The position numbers and the translations under genes were made by a program. Below are positions 14,744 to 25,354 of a stretch of DNA of 32,402 nt, in pieces (position 1 is the stretch's first letter; every line of letters starts with the position of its first letter). The notes beneath the pieces are model-generated. The model saw only the letters and a program-made list of their open reading frames with translations. It did no database searches and was not told the origin of the DNA. The stretch comes from a virus (lineage: Duplodnaviria > Caudoviricetes), in IMG/VR virus record IMGVR_UViG_3300044512_001183, positions 1-32,402 of that record; one strand, given 5' to 3'.

Positions 14744-17700
14744 TGTCTTGGGCAACAATATTTGCTACTGCAAAAGCAGCTTGGGAAGGTGCAACCTTTT
14801 TACAAAAAGTTCAACTGGTGGCAACAGCTATAACAGTTGGCGTTGGAGTAAAGGGTTATTTAGAAGCAAAACAGTTAATGGCAAAGGGTCAAGATATACT
14901 TGGTCAGAAAACTTCACAAGGTGGGAAGATACCAGTCATTTATGGAAGAAGAAGGGTTGGAAGCACTTTAGCTTTTATGCATACAGCAGACAATAGATCA
15001 AAAGATTTGTTTGTTGTTTATGCTTTAAGTGTTGGTGAGATAGATCAAATAGAATTAGATACCATAGAAATAAATGGCGTTAGCATTAAAGACCCTAAAG
15101 TTTTTAGACAAGGATATTATGCTGGATCAGATAAGATTAGCTCAGGAGCAGGCTCTTTATGTACTGCATCTCAAATAGGAAACGTACAAGAATCAAACGC
15201 TGGTGGCTCAGGAACTGATCCTGCTAGAAGATATAGAATGGTTTTTAATGCTCATCATGGGGCAGATGATCAAACAGTAGACCCCATGCTTAATGCATCA
15301 GTAGGTACTCAATGGACTTCTAATCATAGAATGAGAGGTATAGCTTATCTTGCTTGCAGCTTTGAGTATGACTCCAGAGGAATGTTCTCATCTATTCCAC
15401 AGCTTACTGTGGTTTGTAGAGGTAAAAAGTTATATGACCCAAGAAAAGATGGTTCTATATCTGGTGGAACAGGATCACATAGATACGATACACCAAGCAC
15501 TTTTGAATGGTCAGATAATGCTACACTATGTCTGCTGGACTATATGAGAGACAATGAATATGGAAAGGGGCTTGCTGAATCAACCATTAACTTACAAACA
15601 TTTCAAACTGCTGCAACTACAGCAGAATCTCTAAAAGACACTCCAGACTATGATGGTTCTTATGCTGCATCTGTGTTTAGTGGTACAAGTGGAACTAATG
15701 TTCTTAATGTAGATGCATCCACATGGGACACATTAAAGATTGGTGGTTTTATGAATCTAAAAGATTCAGGTGGTAACACTGATTTTACCGATAATGAAAT
15801 TATTGATGCATCAAGATGGCAGCCCTATGACTCATCAACTGTATATCAAGCAATATTAAGAAATGCTTTGACATCATCTTATACAAATGAATCAGGTCAA
15901 ATATTGGTAAAGGTTGAAAGATTTCATTGTAATGGTGTTATAGATACAAATAAGAATGTATTAGAGAACACCAAAGAGCTTCTATCAAACATGAGAGGTA
16001 TCTTAAATTACATAGATGGTAAATATGAAATTACATTAGAAGATACAGCTTCCTCATCATTTACAGTTACTGATGATCATATAATTTCTGATAATGGAAT
16101 AACTGTAACTTACGAAGATAAATCTCAAAAATCTAACAAAGTTGTGGTTCAGTTTTTTAATGCTCTTAAAAAGTATGAAATGGATACAGCAACAGTTTTA
16201 CATGATGCAAGCCCAAACTTTACCTCTGATGATGGTGGTGAAGAGCTAGAGCAGGTGGTGGAGTTTCCGTTTATTGTTAATAAATATGTAGCTTACAACA
16301 TGGGTAAAGCTATTCTGGCAAGATCAAGAAATCAAATGACCATTTCTTTTACTGCTGTGCCAGAGCTTTATAAAGTCAAGGTAGGAGATGTTATTACAGT
16401 CTCATATACTCCTGTAGGTTTTACAGGCAAACTATTTAGAATAGAGTCAATGACATTGCAACCAGATGGGTTGATTGGCATACAGGCTATTGAGTATTTA
16501 GACATTTACACATGGGAAGCACCACCACAAGAAAACATAGAGCCACTGGTAACACCAGTTGCTGATTTTGCTGTTAAACCACCAGCAGGTTTGGCATTTA
16601 CTGATTCAGGCTCTAGCTCTACAGGCAGGGCTTTTTTAACTTGGAGCGAGCCAACAGATTTTCCCAATCATACTTACAGGGTCAGAATTGTAGACAGTTC
16701 ATCAAACAAATTAACAAACAAGATAGTAGATCAAGAATTTGTAGATTTAGATTATCTACCAGTGGGCTCAAACTATGTGGCTTCAGTCTCATCTATTAAC
16801 AGCGTGGGGCAAGAGTCTGATGAAGCAACACTGACTTTCACAGTCTCAACAGCACCAGTAGCTACTGCTGACATAAAGGATGATGCAGTAACACTATCCA
16901 AAGCAGGAGCAGACCTTATTGCTGCTATTGATGCAGGTGGAGCTGGTTCAACACAATTAATAAAATCAACATCAGCACCATCAACAAGGGATGATGGTAA
17001 TGCATTACAAGCTCAAGATTTATGGGCAGATACCGATGACAACAATCAGATTTATGTAAGAAATGCATCTAACAATGGTTGGGTAAAAGCCAGAGATTCT
17101 TCTTTGGTTACTTTGTATAACTCACTAAGCTCAACTGTTTCTACAAATAGCTCTAACATTGCTACAGCTCAGGGAGATATAGTTACTCTAACAACTGATA
17201 CCTCAGCTAATGCAAGTGCTATTTCAAGTTTAACTTCTACAGTGGGTGGAAACACATCTTCTATCACAACTAATGCTACAGCTATATCAACAATTAATGG
17301 TAATGCTGCTGCATCTTATGTATTGAAATTAAATGCCAATGGTAAAGTTGCACAAATGGTTCTTGAGAGCAATGCCAGCTCAGGAACAGGGGCAACCAGC
17401 ACAATAGCCTTCTTGGCTGATACATTCAAAATTGACAATGATGCAGGATCAAGTGTGTCTCCTTTTATTGTTAGTGGTGGTCAAGTATTTATTGATAATG
17501 CCAGAATTACTAATTTATCAGCAGATAAAATACAGATAGACAATGTAACCCTTGATACAAGTGGTGGCGAGCTAATTATAAAAACAAATGGTGTTAGCAC
17601 TACACAAATAGCATCTAAAGCAGTTAGCTCATTTACAGTTGCAACTGGAGCAAAAAGTTATTGGTTCACAGATAATTTATCTGAAACAGATATAGTGACC

Positions 17701-18054
17701 ACTGCTGTATTCCAAGCACCTGCAAATACAGACAACCCATTCGCTGTTATTGGAAACACATCAGTAGTTGCTAACTCAGGTAGTTCTAGTGATTTTGTTC
17801 AATTAAGATTGTATAGAAGAAGTGCATCAACAAGTGGTGGGGTTTCTTCTGCTACTTATGTAAACATTGCAGATTATAAGATGTATGGCGATAGTGCTGA
17901 AGCTATTCAAACAATTGCAGACTCAGATTCTTATACTGCTAATTATTACTACCAGTACAAGATGACTTTGCAGACACAAGGAACATCTACAATAGGTGGG
18001 CAAACTAGAAGCTATGGTGCTTCAGTATTACAAGTTTTTGTGACTTACAGATAA
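14743..18054 (+). CDS. Tail tip / central fibre (gpJ-like) with FN3-like domain and coiled-coil
   Basis: IPVIYGRRRVG, GKKLYDPR, RFHCNGVID, FN3-like LTWSEP...YVASVSSINSVG and FLADTFKI motifs. Confidence 0.85.
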   Translation: MSWATIFATAKAAWEGATFLQKVQLVATAITVGVGVKGYLEAKQLMAKGQDILGQKTSQGGKIPVIYGRRRVGSTLAFMHTADNRSKDLFVVYALSVGEIDQIELDTIEINGVSIKDPKVFRQGYYAGSDKISSGAGSLCTASQIGNVQESNAGGSGTDPARRYRMVFNAHHGADDQTVDPMLNASVGTQWTSNHRMRGIAYLACSFEYDSRGMFSSIPQLTVVCRGKKLYDPRKDGSISGGTGSHRYDTPSTFEWSDNATLCLLDYMRDNEYGKGLAESTINLQTFQTAATTAESLKDTPDYDGSYAASVFSGTSGTNVLNVDASTWDTLKIGGFMNLKDSGGNTDFTDNEIIDASRWQPYDSSTVYQAILRNALTSSYTNESGQILVKVERFHCNGVIDTNKNVLENTKELLSNMRGILNYIDGKYEITLEDTASSSFTVTDDHIISDNGITVTYEDKSQKSNKVVVQFFNALKKYEMDTATVLHDASPNFTSDDGGEELEQVVEFPFIVNKYVAYNMGKAILARSRNQMTISFTAVPELYKVKVGDVITVSYTPVGFTGKLFRIESMTLQPDGLIGIQAIEYLDIYTWEAPPQENIEPLVTPVADFAVKPPAGLAFTDSGSSSTGRAFLTWSEPTDFPNHTYRVRIVDSSSNKLTNKIVDQEFVDLDYLPVGSNYVASVSSINSVGQESDEATLTFTVSTAPVATADIKDDAVTLSKAGADLIAAIDAGGAGSTQLIKSTSAPSTRDDGNALQAQDLWADTDDNNQIYVRNASNNGWVKARDSSLVTLYNSLSSTVSTNSSNIATAQGDIVTLTTDTSANASAISSLTSTVGGNTSSITTNATAISTINGNAAASYVLKLNANGKVAQMVLESNASSGTGATSTIAFLADTFKIDNDAGSSVSPFIVSGGQVFIDNARITNLSADKIQIDNVTLDTSGGELIIKTNGVSTTQIASKAVSSFTVATGAKSYWFTDNLSETDIVTTAVFQAPANTDNPFAVIGNTSVVANSGSSSDFVQLRLYRRSASTSGGVSSATYVNIADYKMYGDSAEAIQTIADSDSYTANYYYQYKMTLQTQGTSTIGGQTRSYGASVLQVFVTYR

Positions 18055-18055
18055 T

Positions 18056-18436
18056 ATGAGAAAAATAAGTTGGTACAACAGCGAAGGTAAAATAAGATTT
18101 GTGCAGAACTGTGATTCTGGACTAGAAGATGCTTCATGCCCAGAAGAGGGTTTAAGCTGGATAGAAGGCTCTCCAGAAATCATTAATAATTCAACTGTTG
18201 TAAACAATGAAATAGTTAATGGCTCATATGATCAAACACAAACACAAGAACAAATAAGAAAGATAAGAGATATCAGGCTAAAGAATACTGACTGGACTCA
18301 AGCAATAGACAGTCCTTTATCTGATGCAAAGAAAACAGAATGGGCTACTTATAGGCAATCGTTAAGAGACCTACCATCACAATACTCAGATAGTGATAAT
18401 TTTGATGACGTAGTGTTTCCAACTCAACCAGATTAA
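18056..18436 (+). CDS. Tail fibre assembly chaperone
   Basis: RDIRLKNTDWTQAIDSPL...WATYRQSLRDLP...FPTQP motif. Confidence 0.82.
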   Translation: MRKISWYNSEGKIRFVQNCDSGLEDASCPEEGLSWIEGSPEIINNSTVVNNEIVNGSYDQTQTQEQIRKIRDIRLKNTDWTQAIDSPLSDAKKTEWATYRQSLRDLPSQYSDSDNFDDVVFPTQPD

Positions 18437-18462
18437 ATGTACAATAAGACAGAGGTAAATTA

Positions 18463-21400
18463 ATGGCACAACACGATTACAACCTAGCCAATCAGAGCGG
18501 AGCTGACTTCAGAGCTGATTTAAACAACGCTCTAGCAGCTATAGCCACAGTCAATTCAGGGGCTACCGAGCCTTCAACTACTTTTGCTCATCAGTTATGG
18601 GTAGATACAGCAAACAGCGTATTAAAAATAAGAAATGCTGCTAACAATGACTGGATTACTTTTGGCGTAAGCATTAGCTCATCCAATGTATTTACAGGGA
18701 ATTTAACAGGCGATGTTGTCGGAAATATCACTGGAGACCTAGTCGGAAGTGTTACCGGAGACCTAACAGGAAATTCTGATACAGCAACTACATTAGAAAC
18801 AGCAAGAACTATATCTCTATCAGGAGATGTTGTTGGTTCAGTCTCTTTTGATGGTAGTGCTGATGTAGATATATCTACAGTTGTTCAGATTAACTCTATT
18901 ACTCTTGGAACTGATACCACTGGCGATTATGTTGAGAGCATATCTGGTGGCACTGGCGTAACAATTACAGGTGGAACAGGCGAAAGCTCTACACCAGTTG
19001 TTGCTATTGGTCAGGCTGTTGCTGTAACCAGTGATGTTACTTTTAACACTATTACAGCAAGCAATGAATTTATAGGTGATTTAGAGGGCGGTATTAGGTT
19101 TAATGCTAAAGCTGATGGTGCTTTATCTGCTGGGGATGTGGTTTATATATCTGGAGTTTCTGGAGATGTGCCAACAGTAGCTCAAGCAAAAGCTGACGAT
19201 GCATCTAAGATGCCTGCTTTTGGATTGGCTTTATCTGATGCAAATGATAATGCAGAATTACAGGTTGTTACCTTTGGAACAATAGAGAATTTAGATACTT
19301 CTGGAGTTTCAGAGGGTCAGATTCTATATGTATCTACAACAGCAGGAGCTTATACAACCACAACACCAACAGGCGAAAGCTCACAAATACAAAACATAGG
19401 TAAGGTTATTAGAAGCCATGCTTCTGCTGGATCAATTAAAGTAGGTGGTGCTGGCAGATCAAATGCAACACCTAACTTAGACAATGGAAAAATATTTATA
19501 GGTAATGGCTCTAATCAATCAGCAACATCAACACTAGATACTTCTATTGTTCCAGAGAATACTAATCTCTACTGGACTACAGCTAGGGGTGAATCTATGT
19601 TTGATACTAGATTGGCTACTAAAGATACTGGAGATTTAGCAGAGGGCTCTAATCTTTATTACACCACTGCAAGAGTTAATTCAGACTTTGATACTAGACT
19701 TGCAACAAAAGATACTGGTGATTTGGCAGAAGGCGTTAATCTTTATTACACAGATGCAAGAGCTAATTCTGCATTTGACACTAGATTAGCCACAAAAGAC
19801 ACAGATGATTTAACCGAAGGTACTACTAATTTATATTACACATCAGGTAGAGCAAATACAGATTTTGACACTAGACTTGCAACCAAGTCTACAACTAATT
19901 TAGCAGAAGGAACTAATCTTTATTACACAGATGCTAGATTTGATACAAGACTTGCTACTAAAGATACTGATGATTTAACAGAAGGCTCTAACCTTTACTA
20001 TACACAAGCTAGATTTGATTCTGCTTTTGGCAATAAAACAACTAACGATTTAACAGAAAACACTAATTTATATTACACAGATGCAAGGGCTAACTCTGCT
20101 ATTGATTCCAGAGTTACAAAAACATTTGTAGATAATTTAGGGGTTGTAGCTGGTAGTGTACAAGCTGATAGCGTTGCTTTGGGCACAGATACTACAGGCA
20201 ACTACATTCAAACAATCACAGGAACTGCTAACAAAATTACAGTTACAGGCTCAGGTAGTGAATCTGCTGATGTAACTTTAACTTTGCCAGATGACGTGCA
20301 AATAGCAGATAGCTTAACAGTTGCAGGAAATTTAACTGTTAATGGAACACTAACATCATTAGATACAACAAACTTAGACATAGAAGATAACCTGTTCCAG
20401 CTTAATGCAGGATTAACAGGCAGCCCAGTCAATGATTCTGGTATGTTAATTAATAGAGGTGATCAAGATAATGGCATCTTTATGTGGGATGAGTCAGCAG
20501 ACAAATTCACATTAGGTCTTACTACAGCAGATGGTACTGCCACAGGAAATATCACACTTAATTCTCTTGGAACTTTGGTTGCTAACATTGAAGGAAATAT
20601 CACTGGCAATGTTACTGGTCAAGTTTCAGATATAAGCAATCATTCAACATCAGACTTAACTGAAGGCTCAAACCTCTATTACACAGATGCTAGAGCAAAC
20701 TCAGCGTTTGATACTAGATTAGCAACTAAAGATACTGGAGACCTAACTGAAGGCTCTAATCTTTATTACACAGATGCTAGAGCTGATGCCAGAGTTAATT
20801 TACAGACTGGGGCAAATTTAGATTTAAGCTCTAAATCAACATCAGACCTTTCAGAAGGCACTAACGAATATTTCACTACAGCTAGAGCAAGAAGCTCTAT
20901 TTCTGCTTCTGGTGATATAAGCTATAACAGCTCAACAGGTGTTATTAGCTTTACAGCAGCAGCAGCACCAGTAACCAGTGTTAATACATTCACTGGAGCT
21001 GTGGTATTAGATAGCGATGATATTTCAGAAGGTTCAACCAATTTATATTACACAAGTGCAAGATTTGATTCAGACTTCTCTGGTAAATCAACCAGCGATC
21101 TTTCTGAGGGCACTAATCTTTATTACACTGATGCCAGAGCAGATGCTAGGGTTAATTTACAAACTGGAGCTAATTTAGACCTAAGCTCTAAATCTACCAG
21201 CGATTTATCAGAAGGAACTAATCTTTATTACACAGATGTTAGAAGCAGAGCTGCTGTTAGCGTATCAGGAGATTTAGCTTATGATTCTGGAACTGGTGTA
21301 TTCTCTTTCACTGAAAGAACTGATGCAGAAGTACAAGCATTAATTACTGGTGGTACTGGCGTTACAGTTAGCAGTGGTCAAGTTTCTATAGGTCAAGCTG

Positions 21401-22593
21401 TAGCTACTTCTGATTCACCTACTTTTGCCAACATGACTTTAAGTGGCACTGACTCAATTAAGATTTCTAGTGGTACAACTGCTCAAAGAAATGGAACTCC
21501 AGTTGCAGGTATGTTCAGATACAATACAACCACTGGTGAGTTTGAAGGTTACACAGATGAGTGGGGTGCTATTGGTGGTGGTGCTGGATCATTCACCACA
21601 GATATTTTTGCTGGTGATGGTAGCACTGTAAACTTTACAGTTACATCAAGCGTTAGCGATGAAAACAATTTAATGGTTTTTATTGATGGTGTGTTCCAAG
21701 CTCAAGACTCTTACAGCGTTTCTGGTACAACATTAACATTCTCAACTGCTCCTGCAAATGGCAGAGTTATTACTGTTTATCATGCTAAAGCTGTTTCAAT
21801 TGGCACCCCATCTGATAATTCAGTTGGCATCACTCAGCTTAATGTAAGCGATGGTACTAATGGTCAAGTGCTTACCACTAATGGAAGTGGTACTTTATCT
21901 TTTGCCGATGGTGGTGTTGCTGGAATTTCATCTTCTGCTGATGCAACTGCCATTACTATCGATAGTTCAGAGAATGTGGGTATTGGTACTGCTAGTCCTG
22001 ACCAAAAATTACACGTTTTTAAAGGTTCAGCAGGTTCTATAGACAGTGCAGGTAATTCTGTTTTAACAATAGAAAATAGTACAGACAATATATTACAATT
22101 TTTAAATCCTTCATCAACTATTGCACAAGTTAGATTTGGCGATGAAGGAGATAATGGTATAGGTTTTATAAACTATTTTCACAGTACAGATGCTATGACT
22201 TTTGGTTCTGCTGGTTCAGAACGCATGAGGATTGATAGTGCTGGAAATATTCTAACAGGTGGAGCAAATATTAGTGTTTTAACAGGAAATACTAGTATTT
22301 CATTAGCAGATGATGCAACCTATTCAATCAACTCATCAGGCACTGGGGGAGCTGCTCTTTTAGCTGTTTATGAAACAGGGTCAGGTGATAATGCACTATT
22401 CCATGTTGGCTATAATGGTTCTGTAGTTCTTAGCTCGGCAAACAATAGTTTTGGTTTTGCAGCAGCAGATACAGATGGAAAAATTTGTGTTATTAAATCA
22501 GGACACAGTCTTACGTTTAAAAATAGGACAGGCACAACAAGAACTTTTTATTTAGCTGCCTATGGTGGTGGTAATACAGGTTGGAACGTTTAA
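18463..22593 (+). CDS. Long repetitive tail fibre / adhesin protein (1376 aa)
   Basis: N-terminal AQHDYNLANQSGADFRADLNNAL anchor; 13 EGxNLYYTxAR-type repeats; GNVGIGT-like and ERMRIDSAGN fibre motifs. Confidence 0.82.
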   Translation: MAQHDYNLANQSGADFRADLNNALAAIATVNSGATEPSTTFAHQLWVDTANSVLKIRNAANNDWITFGVSISSSNVFTGNLTGDVVGNITGDLVGSVTGDLTGNSDTATTLETARTISLSGDVVGSVSFDGSADVDISTVVQINSITLGTDTTGDYVESISGGTGVTITGGTGESSTPVVAIGQAVAVTSDVTFNTITASNEFIGDLEGGIRFNAKADGALSAGDVVYISGVSGDVPTVAQAKADDASKMPAFGLALSDANDNAELQVVTFGTIENLDTSGVSEGQILYVSTTAGAYTTTTPTGESSQIQNIGKVIRSHASAGSIKVGGAGRSNATPNLDNGKIFIGNGSNQSATSTLDTSIVPENTNLYWTTARGESMFDTRLATKDTGDLAEGSNLYYTTARVNSDFDTRLATKDTGDLAEGVNLYYTDARANSAFDTRLATKDTDDLTEGTTNLYYTSGRANTDFDTRLATKSTTNLAEGTNLYYTDARFDTRLATKDTDDLTEGSNLYYTQARFDSAFGNKTTNDLTENTNLYYTDARANSAIDSRVTKTFVDNLGVVAGSVQADSVALGTDTTGNYIQTITGTANKITVTGSGSESADVTLTLPDDVQIADSLTVAGNLTVNGTLTSLDTTNLDIEDNLFQLNAGLTGSPVNDSGMLINRGDQDNGIFMWDESADKFTLGLTTADGTATGNITLNSLGTLVANIEGNITGNVTGQVSDISNHSTSDLTEGSNLYYTDARANSAFDTRLATKDTGDLTEGSNLYYTDARADARVNLQTGANLDLSSKSTSDLSEGTNEYFTTARARSSISASGDISYNSSTGVISFTAAAAPVTSVNTFTGAVVLDSDDISEGSTNLYYTSARFDSDFSGKSTSDLSEGTNLYYTDARADARVNLQTGANLDLSSKSTSDLSEGTNLYYTDVRSRAAVSVSGDLAYDSGTGVFSFTERTDAEVQALITGGTGVTVSSGQVSIGQAVATSDSPTFANMTLSGTDSIKISSGTTAQRNGTPVAGMFRYNTTTGEFEGYTDEWGAIGGGAGSFTTDIFAGDGSTVNFTVTSSVSDENNLMVFIDGVFQAQDSYSVSGTTLTFSTAPANGRVITVYHAKAVSIGTPSDNSVGITQLNVSDGTNGQVLTTNGSGTLSFADGGVAGISSSADATAITIDSSENVGIGTASPDQKLHVFKGSAGSIDSAGNSVLTIENSTDNILQFLNPSSTIAQVRFGDEGDNGIGFINYFHSTDAMTFGSAGSERMRIDSAGNILTGGANISVLTGNTSISLADDATYSINSSGTGGAALLAVYETGSGDNALFHVGYNGSVVLSSANNSFGFAAADTDGKICVIKSGHSLTFKNRTGTTRTFYLAAYGGGNTGWNV
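19555..21245 (+). repeat. Intragenic peptide repeats (T-x-DL-x-EG-x-NLYYT-x-AR) in two blocks of 7 and 6 units
   Basis: Read from the translation; blocks at about 19555-20090 and 20650-21245. Confidence 0.9.
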
Positions 22594-22616
22594 TATAATA
22601 ATTACGAGGAAATAAT

Positions 22617-22871
22617 ATGTCTTTAACTTATACAATAGATAAATTTGAAACAGACTCAGAAGATGACACTAAAACCAAAGTAGGTTTTAAGGTTACTAAT
22701 GACAGTGGCAACATATTAATTATTGATAAAAGTGTTACTACTGGCAGCAATACAGCAGAACAAATTGTGACTGCTGCACAAGCTGATGCTCAAGACGAGA
22801 TAAATGCTTGGGACAATGCAACTGCTAACGTGGGTAAGACTTGGAATCCAGAAACAAATACATTTGAATAA
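22617..22871 (+). CDS. Hypothetical protein, possible fibre chaperone
   Basis: GAGGA SD; small acidic protein directly after a fibre gene. Confidence 0.55.
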   Translation: MSLTYTIDKFETDSEDDTKTKVGFKVTNDSGNILIIDKSVTTGSNTAEQIVTAAQADAQDEINAWDNATANVGKTWNPETNTFE

Positions 22872-22887
22872 ACACTAGAGGGATAGA

Positions 22888-24783
22888 ATGGCAAATACAA
22901 AGATACCAAGTGAACTTATAGCAGATAACTCTGTAGGAATAGCAGCTCTAAATGTAAGCGATGGCTCTGATGGTCAGGCATTAACTACCAATGGTGCTGG
23001 TACTTTATCGTTCTCAACGATTTCAAGTTATACAGATAGTGATGTTGCTACTTACTTAGGTGGTGGCAATACTATTAATATAGATACACAAGGAACTATC
23101 AAACTTGATGGTAATTATCCAACTGGTACAGATAATGTAGCTTTAGGTAATGGTGCATTATCGGCTGTAACAACTGGTCAACGTAATGTTGCTGTTGGTA
23201 ATGATGCAGGTTTAGCTTTAACTGAAGCAGGTGAAGCAACTTTAATAGGTAGAGAAGCAGGTAAAGCTTTAACTACAGGAAGCAGCAATACTTTTATAGG
23301 TGGTAGAGCAGGTGTTGCTACGACAACTGGAACACAAAATGTAGCAGTAGGTCAAGCTTCTTTGTTTACCAATACCACAGGCAAACAAAATACAGCTCTT
23401 GGTAGAGGTACTTTGCTGTCAAACACTACAGCAGATAATAATACAGCAGTTGGATATCAGGCTTTACTTTTAAACACCACTGGAATTTATAATGTTGCAG
23501 TTGGTGCTTTCGCACTAGATGCTAATACAACTTCGGTAGCAAATACAGCAGTGGGTTATAACAGTTTAGGTTCTAATACAGGTGGCACTACAAATACTGC
23601 GGTAGGTGATGCTGCAGGAGCAACCAATACTACAGGTAATGCTATAACAGCAGTTGGTAAATCAGCTTTACTACTTAATACATCTGGAAACTACAATACT
23701 GCTGTAGGTAAAGATGCCTTACGAGCAAACACTTCTGCATCTGACAACACAGCAGTTGGTTATGATGCTTTAACAGCAAACACCACAGGAGCATATAACG
23801 TAGCGGTTGGCAGTAATAGTCTGCTATCCAACACCACAGGTGAGCTTAATATTGCTATAGGTTATGAAGCATTACGACAAGGAAATAGCACAAATAATCA
23901 AGCGTTTGGCTATCGTTCACAGTATTACAATACTAGTGGTGGAAATAATATAAGTATTGGTAGAGAGTCTCTATTTGTAAACTCAACAGGTGCGCAGAAT
24001 GTTGCTATTGGTTCATTTTCTTTAGATTCTTGTACCACAGGTTACCAAAATGTAGGATTGGGTATGTATTCAGCACATGGTGTTACTACAGCATATAATA
24101 ACGTTGCAATTGGTTATGCTGCATTACCAACAGCCACAAATGGTTATCAAAATATATCTATTGGTACAAACTCAGGCTTTGATGTGACAAGCGGATTAAA
24201 CAATGTCCTTGTAGGCTATTCCGCAGGTGACACAATTACTAGTGGATTAGCAAATACCTGTATTGGAGCATTTGCTGATACAACATCTACAACCTCTAAC
24301 TATGCTAACGCTTTTGGTTACAATGTACAGGGTGCAGGTGGTTATACAACTGTAGGTGAAAGCGGTAATGATATTAGAGCAGCACATGGTGTAGCAACGT
24401 GGGCAACTGTTTCAGACGAACGCTACAAGAAAGACATTGTAGACTCTACAGCAGGATTATCTTTTATCAACGCTCTACAGCCTCGTACCTTTAAGTACAA
24501 AAATTTAGGCGAACTACCTGAAACCTTTAGTGCGTATAAAGCTGATTCAACCGAAGTCTTTAAAAACTCTAACACCAATTATGGTTTTATAGCCCAAGAA
24601 GTTAAAGCAGCTATAGATGCAGATGACAGCATTAAAGATGGCTTTAGACTTTGGGACGATAGAGACGATGGCTCACAAGAAGTTGCAGAAGCAGCATTGA
24701 TACCAGTGCTTGTAAAAGCAATCCAAGAACTTTCAGCACAAAATACTGAATTAACAACAAGAATAGAAGCCTTAGAAGGTTAG
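22888..24783 (+). CDS. Second tail fibre/spike with YadA-like beta-roll repeats and C-terminal intramolecular chaperone (peptidase S74)
   Basis: About 14-aa NTTGxxNTAVGxxAL repeats; SDERYKKDI, YGFIAQEV and LVKAIQELS motifs. Confidence 0.88.
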   Translation: MANTKIPSELIADNSVGIAALNVSDGSDGQALTTNGAGTLSFSTISSYTDSDVATYLGGGNTINIDTQGTIKLDGNYPTGTDNVALGNGALSAVTTGQRNVAVGNDAGLALTEAGEATLIGREAGKALTTGSSNTFIGGRAGVATTTGTQNVAVGQASLFTNTTGKQNTALGRGTLLSNTTADNNTAVGYQALLLNTTGIYNVAVGAFALDANTTSVANTAVGYNSLGSNTGGTTNTAVGDAAGATNTTGNAITAVGKSALLLNTSGNYNTAVGKDALRANTSASDNTAVGYDALTANTTGAYNVAVGSNSLLSNTTGELNIAIGYEALRQGNSTNNQAFGYRSQYYNTSGGNNISIGRESLFVNSTGAQNVAIGSFSLDSCTTGYQNVGLGMYSAHGVTTAYNNVAIGYAALPTATNGYQNISIGTNSGFDVTSGLNNVLVGYSAGDTITSGLANTCIGAFADTTSTTSNYANAFGYNVQGAGGYTTVGESGNDIRAAHGVATWATVSDERYKKDIVDSTAGLSFINALQPRTFKYKNLGELPETFSAYKADSTEVFKNSNTNYGFIAQEVKAAIDADDSIKDGFRLWDDRDDGSQEVAEAALIPVLVKAIQELSAQNTELTTRIEALEG

Positions 24784-24793
24784 GAGTATAAAA

Positions 24794-25066
24794 ATGCAAA
24801 CAGTAGAACAAGTATTAACAGCAGCAACCGATAGCGTAACGCTTATTAATGACATTAATGGTGGTACACATGATGTTGAAGGCATGACCCAAGAAGAAAT
24901 AAACGACATGGTACAAAGAAATGTAGACCATCTTGAACTTATCTTGGCTTATGAACCAGCAGACGAAGATGATGACACACCTGACGTAGTAGGAGACTCA
25001 TCAGATAAGTCTAGCTACACAGATGCGATTGCTACTGGTAAGGATTACATTTCTAACAATTCTTGA
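24794..25066 (+). CDS. Acidic hypothetical protein
   Basis: AGGAG SD; 90 aa; follows the spike gene. Confidence 0.6.
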   Translation: MQTVEQVLTAATDSVTLINDINGGTHDVEGMTQEEINDMVQRNVDHLELILAYEPADEDDDTPDVVGDSSDKSSYTDAIATGKDYISNNS

Positions 25067-25108
25067 TAGAATAAAACTTTAATAATTAACTTTTATAGGG
25101 AGCAAACT

Positions 25109-25354
25109 ATGACTGAAGAGAAAAAAGAAATGACAAACGAAGAGCCAGTAATTATCACAATAGACGATACGCCTTACAGGGCATCTGATCTTAATGATGA
25201 GCAAATTACTTTGGCTAATGAATTACAGGTTATTGCAAGAGATATGCAGCAACTAGAAGCACAATTCAACAAACTTAACAGAGACAAGAATTACAGGGTT
25301 TCTGACTTCCAACGTAGCTTAGAGGTGGAAACTCCAGAGGATTCTGATTCATAA
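25109..25354 (+). CDS. Coiled-coil hypothetical protein
   Basis: AGGGAG SD; ITIDDTPY..DL..EQ then heptad repeats. Confidence 0.6.
   Translation: MTEEKKEMTNEEPVIITIDDTPYRASDLNDEQITLANELQVIARDMQQLEAQFNKLNRDKNYRVSDFQRSLEVETPEDSDS

Noticed and set aside
18463-24783. Diversity-generating retroelement or invertible cassette acting on the fibres
   Set aside because: No reverse transcriptase or invertase; repeat differences are synonymous rather than adenine-specific.
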